NCBI RefSeq assembly: GCF_023585785.1
Contig: NZ_CP097765.1
Location: 758,675-790,674, forward strand
Length of the DNA: 32,000 nucleotides
Direction: 5' to 3'
From: Blochmannia endosymbiont of Camponotus modoc
Lineage (GTDB): Bacteria; Pseudomonadota; Gammaproteobacteria; Enterobacterales; Enterobacteriaceae
In this document: piece by piece, positions 1 through 10,760 of the stretch
Numbering within the stretch: the first letter of the stretch is position 1
How the letters are laid out: every line of letters starts with the position of its first letter
Program-made: the position numbers and the translations under genes
The notes under the pieces: generated by a model
What the model was told of the DNA's origin: nothing
The model's input: the letters and a program-made list of their open reading frames with translations, nothing else
Database searches by the model: none

Positions 1-133
1 GTTTTTAAATTATTGAGTTCTTTCTTATGTTAATAATTTTTACCGTACGATTTAACATTTTAAGTAGATATGTTTAGGTTTAGTACGATTTTGATATTAC
101 AAAACATTATTATCATGAGGGTATATAAAAAAA

Positions 134-1348
134 ATGAAACGCGCTGTTATCACTGGTTTAGGGATTATATCAAGTATTGGAAATAATCAGAATGAAGTTT
201 TGGTTTCTTTAAAAAATGGTAAATCTGGGGTCACTTTTTCTCAAGAATTAGAAGAATCTGGAATGCGTAGTCATGTTTGGGGTAATATTAAACTTAATAC
301 ATCAGGATTAATTGATCGTAAGATTGCTCGCTTTATGAGTGATGCATCTATTTATACTTATTTATCTATGGAACAGGCCATAATAGATTCTGGATTGTCT
401 GAAGGTATGGTTTCTAATGATCAAACAGGATTGATTGTCGGATCTGGAGGGGGATCTCCACGTAATCAAGTTTCTGGATCTAATGGAATGCGTTTGCGTG
501 GTTTGAGAGGAGTGGGTCCTTATATGGTAACTAAATCTATGGCTTCAGGTGTATCAGCATGCTTGGCTACTTCTTTTAAAATTCGTGGGGTCAGTTATTC
601 TATTAGCTCCGCTTGTTCTACATCTACACATTGTATCGGAAATGCGGTTGAATTAATTCAATCAGGAAAACAATCTATTATTTTTGCTGGAGGCGGAGAG
701 GAATTATGTTGGGAAATGGCTTGTGAATTTGATGCTATGGGCGCCTTATCTACGAAGTATAATACGACACCAGAGAGAGCATCTCGTCCTTATGACATTA
801 ATAGAGATGGATTCGTAATTGCGGGAGGCGGAGGGATAGTTGTAATAGAAGAGTTAACGCATGCTTTAAGTCGTGGAGCTTATATTTATGCAGAAATTGT
901 TGGGTATGGAGCTACGTCTGATGGATGTGACATGGTTGCTCCTTCTGGAGAAGGAGCAATTCGATGCATGAAAATGGCATTAAGAAATGTTGGAGGTTCG
1001 ATAGATTATCTTAATGTGCACGGTACATCAACTCAAATAGGTGATATTAAAGAAATTTGGGCTATTCGTGAAATTTTTGGTGATCAACATCCTTCTTTTT
1101 CTTCTACTAAGTCAATGACCGGCCATTCATTAGGTGCCGCTGGAGTTCATGAAACTATTTTTACTTTATTAATGTTAAAACATAATTTTATCGCTCCAAG
1201 TATTAATATCGATCATTTAGATCCATATATGAAAAACATGAAAATTATTGTTAATAATTCTGTTTATCGTAAATTGAAAACAGCCATGACTAATAGTTTT
1301 GGGTTCGGAGGAACAAATGCTACATTAATTATGAGTAAATATTCCTGA
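134..1348 (+). CDS. fabB: 3-oxoacyl-ACP synthase I (beta-ketoacyl-ACP synthase I)
   Basis: The 404-aa ORF is colinear end to end with E. coli FabB (406 aa, recalled), from [11 protein letters not shown] to [12 protein letters not shown]. The active-site Cys context (SISSACSTS) and the His motifs ([14 protein letters not shown]) are present. The ATG follows an A-rich leader. Confidence 0.97.
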   Translation: MKRAVITGLGIISSIGNNQNEVLVSLKNGKSGVTFSQELEESGMRSHVWGNIKLNTSGLIDRKIARFMSDASIYTYLSMEQAIIDSGLSEGMVSNDQTGLIVGSGGGSPRNQVSGSNGMRLRGLRGVGPYMVTKSMASGVSACLATSFKIRGVSYSISSACSTSTHCIGNAVELIQSGKQSIIFAGGGEELCWEMACEFDAMGALSTKYNTTPERASRPYDINRDGFVIAGGGGIVVIEELTHALSRGAYIYAEIVGYGATSDGCDMVAPSGEGAIRCMKMALRNVGGSIDYLNVHGTSTQIGDIKEIWAIREIFGDQHPSFSSTKSMTGHSLGAAGVHETIFTLLMLKHNFIAPSINIDHLDPYMKNMKIIVNNSVYRKLKTAMTNSFGFGGTNATLIMSKYS

Positions 1349-1388
1349 ATGTTTTGTCAATATTTTGGTTATATAAGATTTAGTGCCG

Positions 1389-1422
1389 TACATTGTATTT
1401 TATGTGTATAAAATACAATGTA
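1389..1422 (+). terminator. Perfect 15-bp inverted repeat (loop GTGT) 41 nt downstream of the fabB stop; possible fabB terminator hairpin
   Basis: I checked base by base that 1389-1403 (TACATTGTATTTTAT) pairs perfectly with 1408-1422 (ATAAAATACAATGTA). Only 2 of the 15 pairs are G:C, and no clean T-tract follows (TAATTGTAAATG), so terminator function is uncertain. Confidence 0.35.
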
Positions 1423-1554
1423 TAATTGTAAATGTGTATGTTCAGGGATGTTGAGGTTTAAACTTATATTACATTTATATGATCGGATATGACGAATCAT
1501 GCAAGCGTGGTGAGTAGTTATTATGATTATTTTAATTTTTGCATAATATAGTAA

Positions 1555-2697
<1,143 letters not shown>

Positions 2698-3200
2698 AAT
2701 TATATTTGTGTATGTGTTGTATTGCATCTATGTTTACTAGTTTTGGATTGTAATGCATATTGAGTGGGTTATGACTGTATTTTTTTAGGGTAAAGAGTTT
2801 TTGTATTATACAAGCATTTTTTAAGGATTATTGTGTGTATGTGTTGAAAAGTGTTTTATGTACAATTTATTCTGAGTTAGGTATATCTATTTTTATATAT
2901 AGTAGATAAGCGTTCATATTTTTTGTTGATAAAAGAATGACATGTAGTATATGGATTTTCCCATTAACAGTTATTACGTGTTGATTTTACGATATTTTTT
3001 ATCTTTTGAAGATATAGATTATGAACCCATTGTGCTTTGCGGTTCCATTTTCATTGAATTTAATTAGCTTGTGTTTTATGTGTATGCATTGTTTTGTTAA
3101 TATAAAATATCAGTTATGTATCTTTATATTTAATTGGAACTCATGTAAACAGTATTAATCTCATATAGATTCATCATATATTTATAAAAGTTATAGTGTA

Positions 3201-3986
3201 ATGCAAAAATTAGCTTTAGGCATTGAATACGATGGGTCTTGGTACTGCGGCTGGCAAAGACAAAGAGATGCGCCAAGTATCCAGAGTTACATAGAAAACG
3301 CTATAAAAAAAATAACAGATGAGTCAGTAACGGTATTTTGTGCGGGCAGAACCGATTCTGGAGTACACGCTTTGGGACAAGTTGTTCATTTTGAAACTTA
3401 TTCTCGGCGCTCAAAATCAGCTTGGACATTGGGTATGAATCGTTATTTGCCGTCAAGTATTTGCGTACGCTGGGCTAAATTAGTAAATAAAAACTTCCAT
3501 GCTCGCTTTAGCGCTATTTCTCGTCGTTACTGTTATATAATCAATAATAGTTGTATACGATCTGCTTTGTTATTTAGAAAAACTTGGCATTATAAAAAAT
3601 ATTTAGATCACAATAAAATGTGTGATGCTGCTCAGTATTTATTAGGAGAAAATGACTTCTCTTCGTTTCGTGCCGCAGGGTGTCAGTCATATTCAACGCG
3701 AAGGAAATTATATCATATACGTATCATACGAAAAGGTCAATGTATTGTGATAGATATTAAAGCTAATTCTTTTATGTATCGTATGGTACGAAATATTGTA
3801 GGTAGTTTAGTAAAAGTTGGTTGTGGGGAGCAACCAGAAACATGGATTGCAGAGTTATTAGAAAATTGCAATAGATCACTAGCTGGTGTAACAGCTCCAG
3901 CTAGTGGTTTATATTTGGTGGAAGTTAAATATCCTTCAGATTTTTCTATCCCTTCTTCTTTCATCGAAGAACTGTGGTGTGCATAA
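3201..3986 (+). CDS. truA: tRNA pseudouridine(38-40) synthase
   Basis: The 261-aa ORF is colinear with E. coli TruA (LALGIEYDGS.YCGWQRQ). The catalytic Asp motif GRTDSGVHA is present, along with GENDFSSFRA, IDIKANSF and MVRNIVGSL. Confidence 0.95.
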   Translation: MQKLALGIEYDGSWYCGWQRQRDAPSIQSYIENAIKKITDESVTVFCAGRTDSGVHALGQVVHFETYSRRSKSAWTLGMNRYLPSSICVRWAKLVNKNFHARFSAISRRYCYIINNSCIRSALLFRKTWHYKKYLDHNKMCDAAQYLLGENDFSSFRAAGCQSYSTRRKLYHIRIIRKGQCIVIDIKANSFMYRMVRNIVGSLVKVGCGEQPETWIAELLENCNRSLAGVTAPASGLYLVEVKYPSDFSIPSSFIEELWCA

Positions 3987-4292
3987 ATATTTTACATTTT
4001 GTATTGCATTATTATCATATTTGCACATATTTCTGTGAATCTATGTTCTAATGAGAAATGAATTACATGTTTATAATTATTTTTATAAGATGTCTTTATG
4101 CGATTGAATTATTTTTATTATATTTTGAAAAATATGTACATGAAAATAATTATATATATCATATATTCGACGTAGTATATTACTCTCAATGAGGCGGTAG
4201 TTCTATTAAGCTATATTTTTAATAATGGATTTATTTTTTATAAATAATTTATGAACATGGAATTATTAATATTTACAATATATAAATATATG

Positions 4293-4306
4293 TTAAACAT
4301 GTTTAA
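4293..4306. repeat. Perfect 14-bp palindrome TTAAACATGTTTAA, 27 nt upstream of the accD start
   Basis: The sequence read directly is self-complementary over all 14 nt. It lies in the presumed accD 5' leader. Confidence 0.6.
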
Positions 4307-4332
4307 TTTTGTTAAAAATTTAAAGGTTAAAA

Positions 4333-5217
4333 ATGAGTTGGATTGAACGAATTCTTAATAAAAGCACCATTATACCCACCAGAAAAATAAATATTCCAGA
4401 GGGAATATGGACTAAGTGTGATAATTGTGGCCAATTATTATATAAAAAAGAGTTAGAACGTAATTTAGAAGTGTGTCCTAAATGCGATCATCATATGAGA
4501 ATTGCAGCGAGGGTACGTTTATTTTCCTTTTTAGATCAAGGAAGTACATCTGAATTAGGAAGTGAATTCGAACCCAAAGATATTTTGAAGTTTAGAGATT
4601 CGAAAAGATATAAAGATCGTTTAATTTCAGCACAAAAAATAACAAAAGAAAAAGATGCATTGATAGTTATGCAGGGTACTTTATATGGTATGAAGATTGT
4701 TGCTGCTTCTTTTGAATTCGCTTTTATTGGCGGATCGATGTCTTCTGTAGTGGGAGCTCGTTTTGTGCATGCAGTAAATCAAGCCTTAAAAATTAGGTGT
4801 CCATTAGTTTGTTTTACTGCAAGTGGTGGTGCTCGTATGCAAGAAGCTCTTATGTCTTTAATGCAAATGGCGAGGACTAGTGCCGCGTTAGCTAATTTAC
4901 ATGAGCGGTGTTTACCATATATTTCTGTTTTAACTAATCCTACTATGGGAGGAGTATCCGCTAGCTTAGCCATGCTAGGCGATCTGAATATTGCTGAGCC
5001 AAAAGCACTGATAGGATTTGCTGGGCCTAGGATTATTGAGCAAACAGTTCGAGAAAAATTACCGTTGGGATTTCAACGCAGTGAATTTTTGTTGGAAAAA
5101 GGATCGATTGATCTAATTGTACGTAGACCAGATTTACGATTTAAAGTAGCAGGATTATTAGCTAAGTTAACTCAACAACCAATACCAAAAGTTGATTATA
5201 GGCATTCTGTTGAATAG
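4333..5217 (+). CDS. accD: Acetyl-CoA carboxylase carboxyltransferase beta subunit
   Basis: The 294-aa ORF starts MSWIERI, as in E. coli AccD. The N-terminal 4-Cys zinc finger (CDNCGQ...CPKCDHH) and the carboxyltransferase core ([32 protein letters not shown]) are present. Confidence 0.96.
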   Translation: MSWIERILNKSTIIPTRKINIPEGIWTKCDNCGQLLYKKELERNLEVCPKCDHHMRIAARVRLFSFLDQGSTSELGSEFEPKDILKFRDSKRYKDRLISAQKITKEKDALIVMQGTLYGMKIVAASFEFAFIGGSMSSVVGARFVHAVNQALKIRCPLVCFTASGGARMQEALMSLMQMARTSAALANLHERCLPYISVLTNPTMGGVSASLAMLGDLNIAEPKALIGFAGPRIIEQTVREKLPLGFQRSEFLLEKGSIDLIVRRPDLRFKVAGLLAKLTQQPIPKVDYRHSVE

Positions 5218-5282
5218 ATACCTATATTTGTATTAATTTATATCCATGCAAAATACTACAATAATTAAAATTTTTGTAAAAT

Positions 5283-6560
5283 ATGAATAAAATTTTTCAT
5301 ACTCCCACCGTGCAATCATCTCTTGGAAAATGGCTGCATTATATTGAATCTTTAAGTCATATATTAATTGATTTAAATCTCGATAGGGTACGAAAAATAG
5401 CTACTGATCTTGACTTAATACATCCCGCAGAGTATGTTATACTAGTCGGAGGTACAAATGGTAAGGGTACCACATGTTGTTTATTAGAAACTATTTTATT
5501 AAATAATAATAATACAGTTGGTTTGTATACTTCTCCCCATCTACTTTCTTATAATGAACGGATTCGAGTGTGTGGAAAAGAGCTGCCGGATAGTACGCAT
5601 ATTGAAGCATTATCTGTTATAGAGTCCGCACGTCATCATATTGCACTAACTTATTTTGAATTTATTACTTTGTCTGCTTTGTATATATTTAAACGGGCTA
5701 AATTAGATTTAGTTATTCTTGAAGTTGGATTAGGTGGTAGATTAGATGCTACAAATATTGTCAACCCTGATATTTCTGTAATTACTAATTTTGCAATAGA
5801 TCATACTGATTTTTTAGGTATAAACCGTGATATGATTGCACAGGAAAAATCAGGTATTTTTCGTTTTAAAAAACCAGCAGTAATTGGTGAAAGTTGTTTT
5901 CCAGTGATTGCGCGAAAAATGGCGCAATATTGCGGAGCAATGTTGTTTGCGCGTGGAAGGGATTGGAATTTTCGTGTTTATGGAAATAAATGGATTTGGT
6001 GGGGGGAGCGCTCTAATGATTGTAGATTATTACATGATTTACCGTTACCTATAATCCCAATAGAAAATGCCGCTACAGCGTTAAGCGTATTATATTGGTT
6101 ACCTTTTTTGGTTGATAAAACAGCAATAAGCTATGGGTTGCAAGTAGCTACTTTGCCAGGACGTTTTCAAATAGTTACTCGCAGACCGTTTGCAATATTA
6201 GATGTAGGGCATAATCCTCATGCTGCTCATTATTTGACTCAACGATTATCTGTTATTCTTTTAAGAAGGACAGGTAAAGTGAGAATGGTTATAGGAATGT
6301 TAAAAAATAAGGATATTAAAGGTACCATATGTTGTTTAAATCATTTAGTTGATATCTGGTATTGTTCTGATTTAAATGTCCCGTTTTCTGCGAGTTCTGT
6401 AGAACTATCTGATTGTTTGTTGAATTGTAATGTTCAGAGATTTAGTAATATATTAGATGCTTGGAATCAGGCTGTATTAGATGCATCATTTGATGATTGC
6501 ATTTTAGTATTTGGATCCTTTCATGCTGTCAGTCCAATTATGAGAAATATAATGAAATAG
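5283..6560 (+). CDS. folC: Bifunctional dihydrofolate synthase / folylpolyglutamate synthase
   Basis: The 425-aa ORF is colinear with E. coli FolC (422 aa). It carries the Mur-ligase P-loop GGTNGKGTT, plus LEVGLGGRLDATN, PGRFQ and DVGHNPHAA. It lies 65 nt after accD, the same gene pair as in E. coli. Confidence 0.93.
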   Translation: MNKIFHTPTVQSSLGKWLHYIESLSHILIDLNLDRVRKIATDLDLIHPAEYVILVGGTNGKGTTCCLLETILLNNNNTVGLYTSPHLLSYNERIRVCGKELPDSTHIEALSVIESARHHIALTYFEFITLSALYIFKRAKLDLVILEVGLGGRLDATNIVNPDISVITNFAIDHTDFLGINRDMIAQEKSGIFRFKKPAVIGESCFPVIARKMAQYCGAMLFARGRDWNFRVYGNKWIWWGERSNDCRLLHDLPLPIIPIENAATALSVLYWLPFLVDKTAISYGLQVATLPGRFQIVTRRPFAILDVGHNPHAAHYLTQRLSVILLRRTGKVRMVIGMLKNKDIKGTICCLNHLVDIWYCSDLNVPFSASSVELSDCLLNCNVQRFSNILDAWNQAVLDASFDDCILVFGSFHAVSPIMRNIMK

Positions 6561-6906
6561 TTATAAATTTATATTTTGGTGTATATGCTGATCAGTGTTA
6601 GGAAATTATGGTCTTTGATGTTCTTGTTATTAAATAGTTTTACATTAATTATTTAATATTAATATAAGTAGAAAATAGAAAATCAAAAACTAATGATCTT
6701 AGGTCGTTAGATATTTTAGTTGTATATAAATTGTATGTGTCAGAAAATTGATCGTAAATTAATTAAATAAATTTAGAGAAATTATTTTTCTATTATTTTG
6801 TGATTATTTATTTGGAAATTGCATTCTTTAAGAGAATGCTATCAGTAATATATTGAATTTTAAATTTTAGTTAATTTAATTTATATTTTATACTTATGAT
6901 CGCTGT

Positions 6907-6943
6907 AATATATATTATATATGTTCTATATATAATATATATT
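6907..6943. repeat. A/T-only inverted repeat (15-bp arms, extendable to a 16-bp stem with loop GTTCT) in the folC-nuoA spacer
   Basis: I checked base by base that 6907-6921 (AATATATATTATATA) is the reverse complement of 6929-6943 (TATATAATATATATT). Positions 6922 and 6928 also pair. Confidence 0.6.
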
Positions 6944-7207
6944 TTGTGCAAGGATACACCAGTTACTATATAGTATACAGAATCATATCGCCCATTGTGT
7001 TGTATAATGCTGTATGTATGGGGTTTTGTATCATTTTTTTAATTTTAACTTGTACCAAATAAAAATGGATATAGTAAATAGTTTTATAGATTCATGAAAT
7101 CAATTATTAAGTATGTCATTATGAGTGTATTTTTAATGAAACGGGATAGTAAAAATTTAAATGTTTATGTTTTATAGTAGTGAAACTTATAATTTGATGT
7201 AAATGTA

Positions 7208-7669
7208 GTGTTCAATAACAAAAAAAAGCAGGTATATAATTTGTGTGATACTTATCATTGGGGTTTAATAGCATTTATAGTTGGAATCTTATTTTTATGT
7301 GTTTTTATGTTGTCTTGTGGATATTTTCTGGGAGGATGTTCAAGTTCACGTTCTAAAAATGTGCCATTTGAGTCGGGAATTAAATCTATAGGGAATGCTA
7401 GAATACAATTCTCTGTTAAATTTTACTTAATTGCGATGTTTTTTGTAATTTTTGATGTAGAAGGAATATATGTATATGCTTGGGCTGTATCTGTGCGAGA
7501 TGTGGGTTGGATAGGGTTTAGTGAGATTTTTATTTTTATTTTTGTTTTATTAGTAAGTTTAGTATATTTGATACGAATTGGTATGTTTGATTGGATAGAA
7601 CAATCATCACGATATGTCCATTGTGTAGATGATTTTGATATTGATACTTCGAGATATTTAAAAAAGTAA
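7208..7669 (+). CDS. nuoA: NADH:quinone oxidoreductase subunit A
   Basis: The 153-aa ORF is colinear with E. coli NuoA (147 aa): SRSKNVPFESGI, KFYLIAMFFVIFDVE and VYLIRIG match. The start is GTG at 7208. The only in-frame ATGs are well inside the first transmembrane helix, so the GTG start is preferred. Confidence 0.92.
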   Translation: MFNNKKKQVYNLCDTYHWGLIAFIVGILFLCVFMLSCGYFLGGCSSSRSKNVPFESGIKSIGNARIQFSVKFYLIAMFFVIFDVEGIYVYAWAVSVRDVGWIGFSEIFIFIFVLLVSLVYLIRIGMFDWIEQSSRYVHCVDDFDIDTSRYLKK

Positions 7670-7684
7670 TAAAAGGTAGCAGAT

Positions 7685-8395
7685 ATGAAATATACTTTAA
7701 CGACAGCTCGAACAGATAATAGTGAAGATGAGCAATATCCTCTTCAAGAAAAGAAGATTGTGACAGATCCGTTAGAAAAGAATATTCAACGGAATGTTTT
7801 TTTTGGAAAATTAAGTGTTTTTTTACATAAAATTGTTAATTGGGGACGAGGCAATTCTTTATGGCCTTATAATTTTGGATTATCCTGTTGTTATGTTGAA
7901 ATGACTACCGCGTTCACTGCAGTACATGATGTTGCTCGGTTTGGTTCAGAAGTGCTACGCGCCTCTCCTCGTCAAGCGGATTTTATGGTTATAGCGGGTA
8001 CTCCGTTTCTTAAAATGGTGCCAGTAATACAACGATTATATGATCAAATGTTAGAGCCTAAGTGGGTGATTTCTATGGGGGCTTGCGCGAATTCTGGAGG
8101 TATGTATGATATTTATTCTGTGGTGCAAGGAGTAGATAAATTTCTTCCTGTAGACGTCTATATTCCTGGATGCCCACCTAGACCTGAAGCGTATATTCAG
8201 GGGTTATTATTATTAAAAAAGTCTATTAATGAAGAACGACGTCCACTTTCTTGGGTGTTGGGAGGTAAAGGAATATATAGAAGAAATATGGAGTCAGAGC
8301 GTCAACGTAAACATAATGCCCGCATAGCAGAAACTATTTTCTCTTCTCCAGATGATGAACTTAATGTATATTCAAAACAAAATGGCGAGGCATAA
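7685..8395 (+). CDS. nuoB: NADH:quinone oxidoreductase subunit B
   Basis: The 236-aa ORF is nearly identical to E. coli NuoB through the core. The N2-cluster cysteines are in [19 protein letters not shown] and IPGCPPRPE. It runs about 16 aa longer than E. coli at the C-terminus. Confidence 0.97.
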   Translation: MKYTLTTARTDNSEDEQYPLQEKKIVTDPLEKNIQRNVFFGKLSVFLHKIVNWGRGNSLWPYNFGLSCCYVEMTTAFTAVHDVARFGSEVLRASPRQADFMVIAGTPFLKMVPVIQRLYDQMLEPKWVISMGACANSGGMYDIYSVVQGVDKFLPVDVYIPGCPPRPEAYIQGLLLLKKSINEERRPLSWVLGGKGIYRRNMESERQRKHNARIAETIFSSPDDELNVYSKQNGEA

Positions 8396-8434
8396 TCAAT
8401 ATTTTAAGAGTTTTTGTGATATAATTATCATTAG

Positions 8435-10225
8435 TTGGTAGATATTATGCGTAATGATTCTACAGGTGCATCTTTAATTAAAAATATTTACCCGATATTA
8501 GATGATTTATTTTCTGTATTCAGTTCTGTAGACTTTGTGCTACAACCTACTCATACTGGAATTTTGATCATTTGGATCAAACGTGAGATGGTAATCCCGG
8601 TGTTGACATTTTTAAAAACAACATCAAAACCGTATATTATGTTATATGATTTGCATGGTATAGATGAAAGGTTGCGTATACATCGCGAAGGATTGCCAAA
8701 ATCAGATTTTACAGTGTTTTATCATTTAATTTCCATATTACGTAATGATGATGTAATAATAAAAGTTCCTTTGCTAGAGCAATCTCTATACGTGGAGACA
8801 ATAGTGTCTGTGTTTAAAAATGCGAATTGGTATGAACGGGAAACGTGGGAAATGTTTGGAATTCATTTTGATAAGCATCCTAATTTAACGCGTATAATTA
8901 TGCCAAAAAACTGGAATGGATATCCGTTACGCAAAGAATATCCAGCTCGTGCTACAGAATTTAATCCTTTTATTCTTACGAAACAAAAAGAAGATTTAGC
9001 AATGGAAGGATTATTATTTAAACCTGAAGAATGGGGAATGCATAGACATAGTAAACATGAAAATTTTATGTTTCTTAATTTAGGACCTAATCATCCTTCA
9101 GTGCATGGAGTATTTCGTATGATTTTACAATTAAATGGAGAAGAAATTATAGATTGTGTTCCAGATATTGGTTATCATCATCGAGGTGCTGAAAAAATGG
9201 GAGAACGACAAACTTGGCATAGTTACATTCCTTATACTGATCGCATTGAATATTTAGGGGGCTGCGTCAATGAAATGCCCTATATTTTAGCTGTTGAAAA
9301 ACTTGCTGGAATTGTGGTACCGGATAGAGTAAAAGTGATCCGCATTATGCTGTCTGAATTATTTAGAATTAATAGTCATTTGTTGTATATTAGCACTTAT
9401 TTACAAGATGTAGGTGCTATGTCTCCAGTTTTTTTAGCGTTCACTGACAGACAGAAGATTTATGATGTTATTGAATCAATTACCGGCTCTCGTATGCATC
9501 CGGCATGGTTTCGTATTGGGGGGGTTGCTCATGATTTGCCTAGAGGTTGGGAGTGTTTATTAAGAAAATGTCTTGACTGGATTCCAAATCGTGTTTCTTT
9601 TTATGTTAAATCAACATTGGAAAACAGTATATTTAAAAAACGAGCGTGTGGTATTGGTGCATATAATTCCAAAGACGCATTAGATTGGGGAGTAACTGGA
9701 GCAGGATTGCGTGCAACTGGCATTGAATTTGATATACGTAAGTCACGTCCTTATTCTGGATATGAAAATTTTGATTTTGATGTACCAATAGGAAATGGAA
9801 TCAGCGATTCTTACAGTCGAGTAATGTTAAAAGTAGAAGAAATATATCAAAGTGTACGTATTTTGGAACAATGTTTGCAGAACATGCCAATAGGTCCATT
9901 TAAATCAGATCACCCTTTAGCAACTCCTCCTATGAAAGAATACGCCCTACAACATATAGAGACTCTCATTAATCATTTTCTGCAAGTATCATGGGGTCCT
10001 GTTATCCCAGCTAATGAGTCCTTTCAAATGATTGAAGCCACAAAAGGTATTAATAGTTATTATTTAATTAGTGATGGAAATACCATGAGTTATCGTACTC
10101 GTATTCGTACTCCTAGTTTTCCTCATTTACAGCAGATTCCACATGTTATTCGTGGTAGTTTAATATCTGATTTAATTGTGTATTTAGGTAGCATTGATTT
10201 TGTTATGTCTGATGTAGATCGTTAA
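8435..10225 (+). CDS. nuoC: NADH:quinone oxidoreductase fused subunit C/D
   Basis: The 596-aa single ORF covers both the NuoC (30-kDa) and NuoD (49-kDa) modules, as in E. coli NuoCD. It ends in the identical [12 protein letters not shown]. The start is TTG at 8435, giving MVDIM, which parallels E. coli MVNNM. The alternative start is ATG at 8447. Confidence 0.95.
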   Translation: MVDIMRNDSTGASLIKNIYPILDDLFSVFSSVDFVLQPTHTGILIIWIKREMVIPVLTFLKTTSKPYIMLYDLHGIDERLRIHREGLPKSDFTVFYHLISILRNDDVIIKVPLLEQSLYVETIVSVFKNANWYERETWEMFGIHFDKHPNLTRIIMPKNWNGYPLRKEYPARATEFNPFILTKQKEDLAMEGLLFKPEEWGMHRHSKHENFMFLNLGPNHPSVHGVFRMILQLNGEEIIDCVPDIGYHHRGAEKMGERQTWHSYIPYTDRIEYLGGCVNEMPYILAVEKLAGIVVPDRVKVIRIMLSELFRINSHLLYISTYLQDVGAMSPVFLAFTDRQKIYDVIESITGSRMHPAWFRIGGVAHDLPRGWECLLRKCLDWIPNRVSFYVKSTLENSIFKKRACGIGAYNSKDALDWGVTGAGLRATGIEFDIRKSRPYSGYENFDFDVPIGNGISDSYSRVMLKVEEIYQSVRILEQCLQNMPIGPFKSDHPLATPPMKEYALQHIETLINHFLQVSWGPVIPANESFQMIEATKGINSYYLISDGNTMSYRTRIRTPSFPHLQQIPHVIRGSLISDLIVYLGSIDFVMSDVDR

Positions 10226-10238
10226 TAAATGGAGAAAT

Positions 10239-10760
10239 ATGAGTAATATTAAAATTAATGATACGTCTACTGGTTTAACTAGTAATGGTTTTTTTCAATT
10301 AAGTCAAGAAGAATATAATGCTATTCAAGAGGAATGTACACATTATGAAGATATGCGCTCCGTTTCTATTGAAGCGTTAAAAATTATTCAAAAAAATCAT
10401 GGGTGGGTACCAGATGAAGCAATTATATTGGTTGCTAAAATATTATGTATTTCTGCTGCTGATTTAGAAGGTGTCGCGACATTTTATAATCAAATTTTTC
10501 GTCAACCGGTAGGTCGTCATATCATTAGGTATTGTGATAGCGCGGTGTGTTACTTGGTTGGGTGTGAAAAAATTAAAAACACTTTAACATATCTGTTGAA
10601 TATTACAGTGGGTAGTACAACTTCAGATAATCGCTTTACCTTATTGCCTACTTGTTGTTTAGGTATTTGCGATAAAGCTCCAGTCATTATGATAGACAAA
10701 GATATTTATCCTTGTATAGTTCCGGAAACAATTACAAAATTGTTAGGACAGTATTTATGA
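10239..10760 (+). CDS. nuoE: NADH:quinone oxidoreductase subunit E (2Fe-2S)
   Basis: The 173-aa ORF has GGAG 7 nt upstream. Conserved motifs are [25 protein letters not shown] and [14 protein letters not shown]. Confidence 0.95.
   Translation: MSNIKINDTSTGLTSNGFFQLSQEEYNAIQEECTHYEDMRSVSIEALKIIQKNHGWVPDEAIILVAKILCISAADLEGVATFYNQIFRQPVGRHIIRYCDSAVCYLVGCEKIKNTLTYLLNITVGSTTSDNRFTLLPTCCLGICDKAPVIMIDKDIYPCIVPETITKLLGQYL

Noticed and set aside
2754-2789. A mini-frame, MHIEWVMTVFF*, 57 nt after pdxB that loosely resembles the E. coli Usg N-terminus (MSEGWNIAVLG, recalled from memory)
   Set aside because: Only 3 identities over 11 residues, followed by stop codons. This is far too short to distinguish from chance without a proper translated alignment.
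7003-7008. A perfect TATAAT hexamer about 200 nt upstream of nuoA as a promoter -10, with similar hexamers in the other spacers
   Set aside because: No acceptable -35 element lies at 16-18 bp spacing (GAATCA). TATAAT-like strings are expected by chance in DNA this AT-rich, so I made no promoter calls.
10712-10756. A 15-codon upstream extension of the nuoF ORF ([15 protein letters not shown]) given in the ORF track
   Set aside because: It lies entirely inside nuoE in another frame and has no counterpart in E. coli NuoF. The ATG at 10757 overlaps the nuoE stop (ATGA) and aligns with the NuoF N-terminus.
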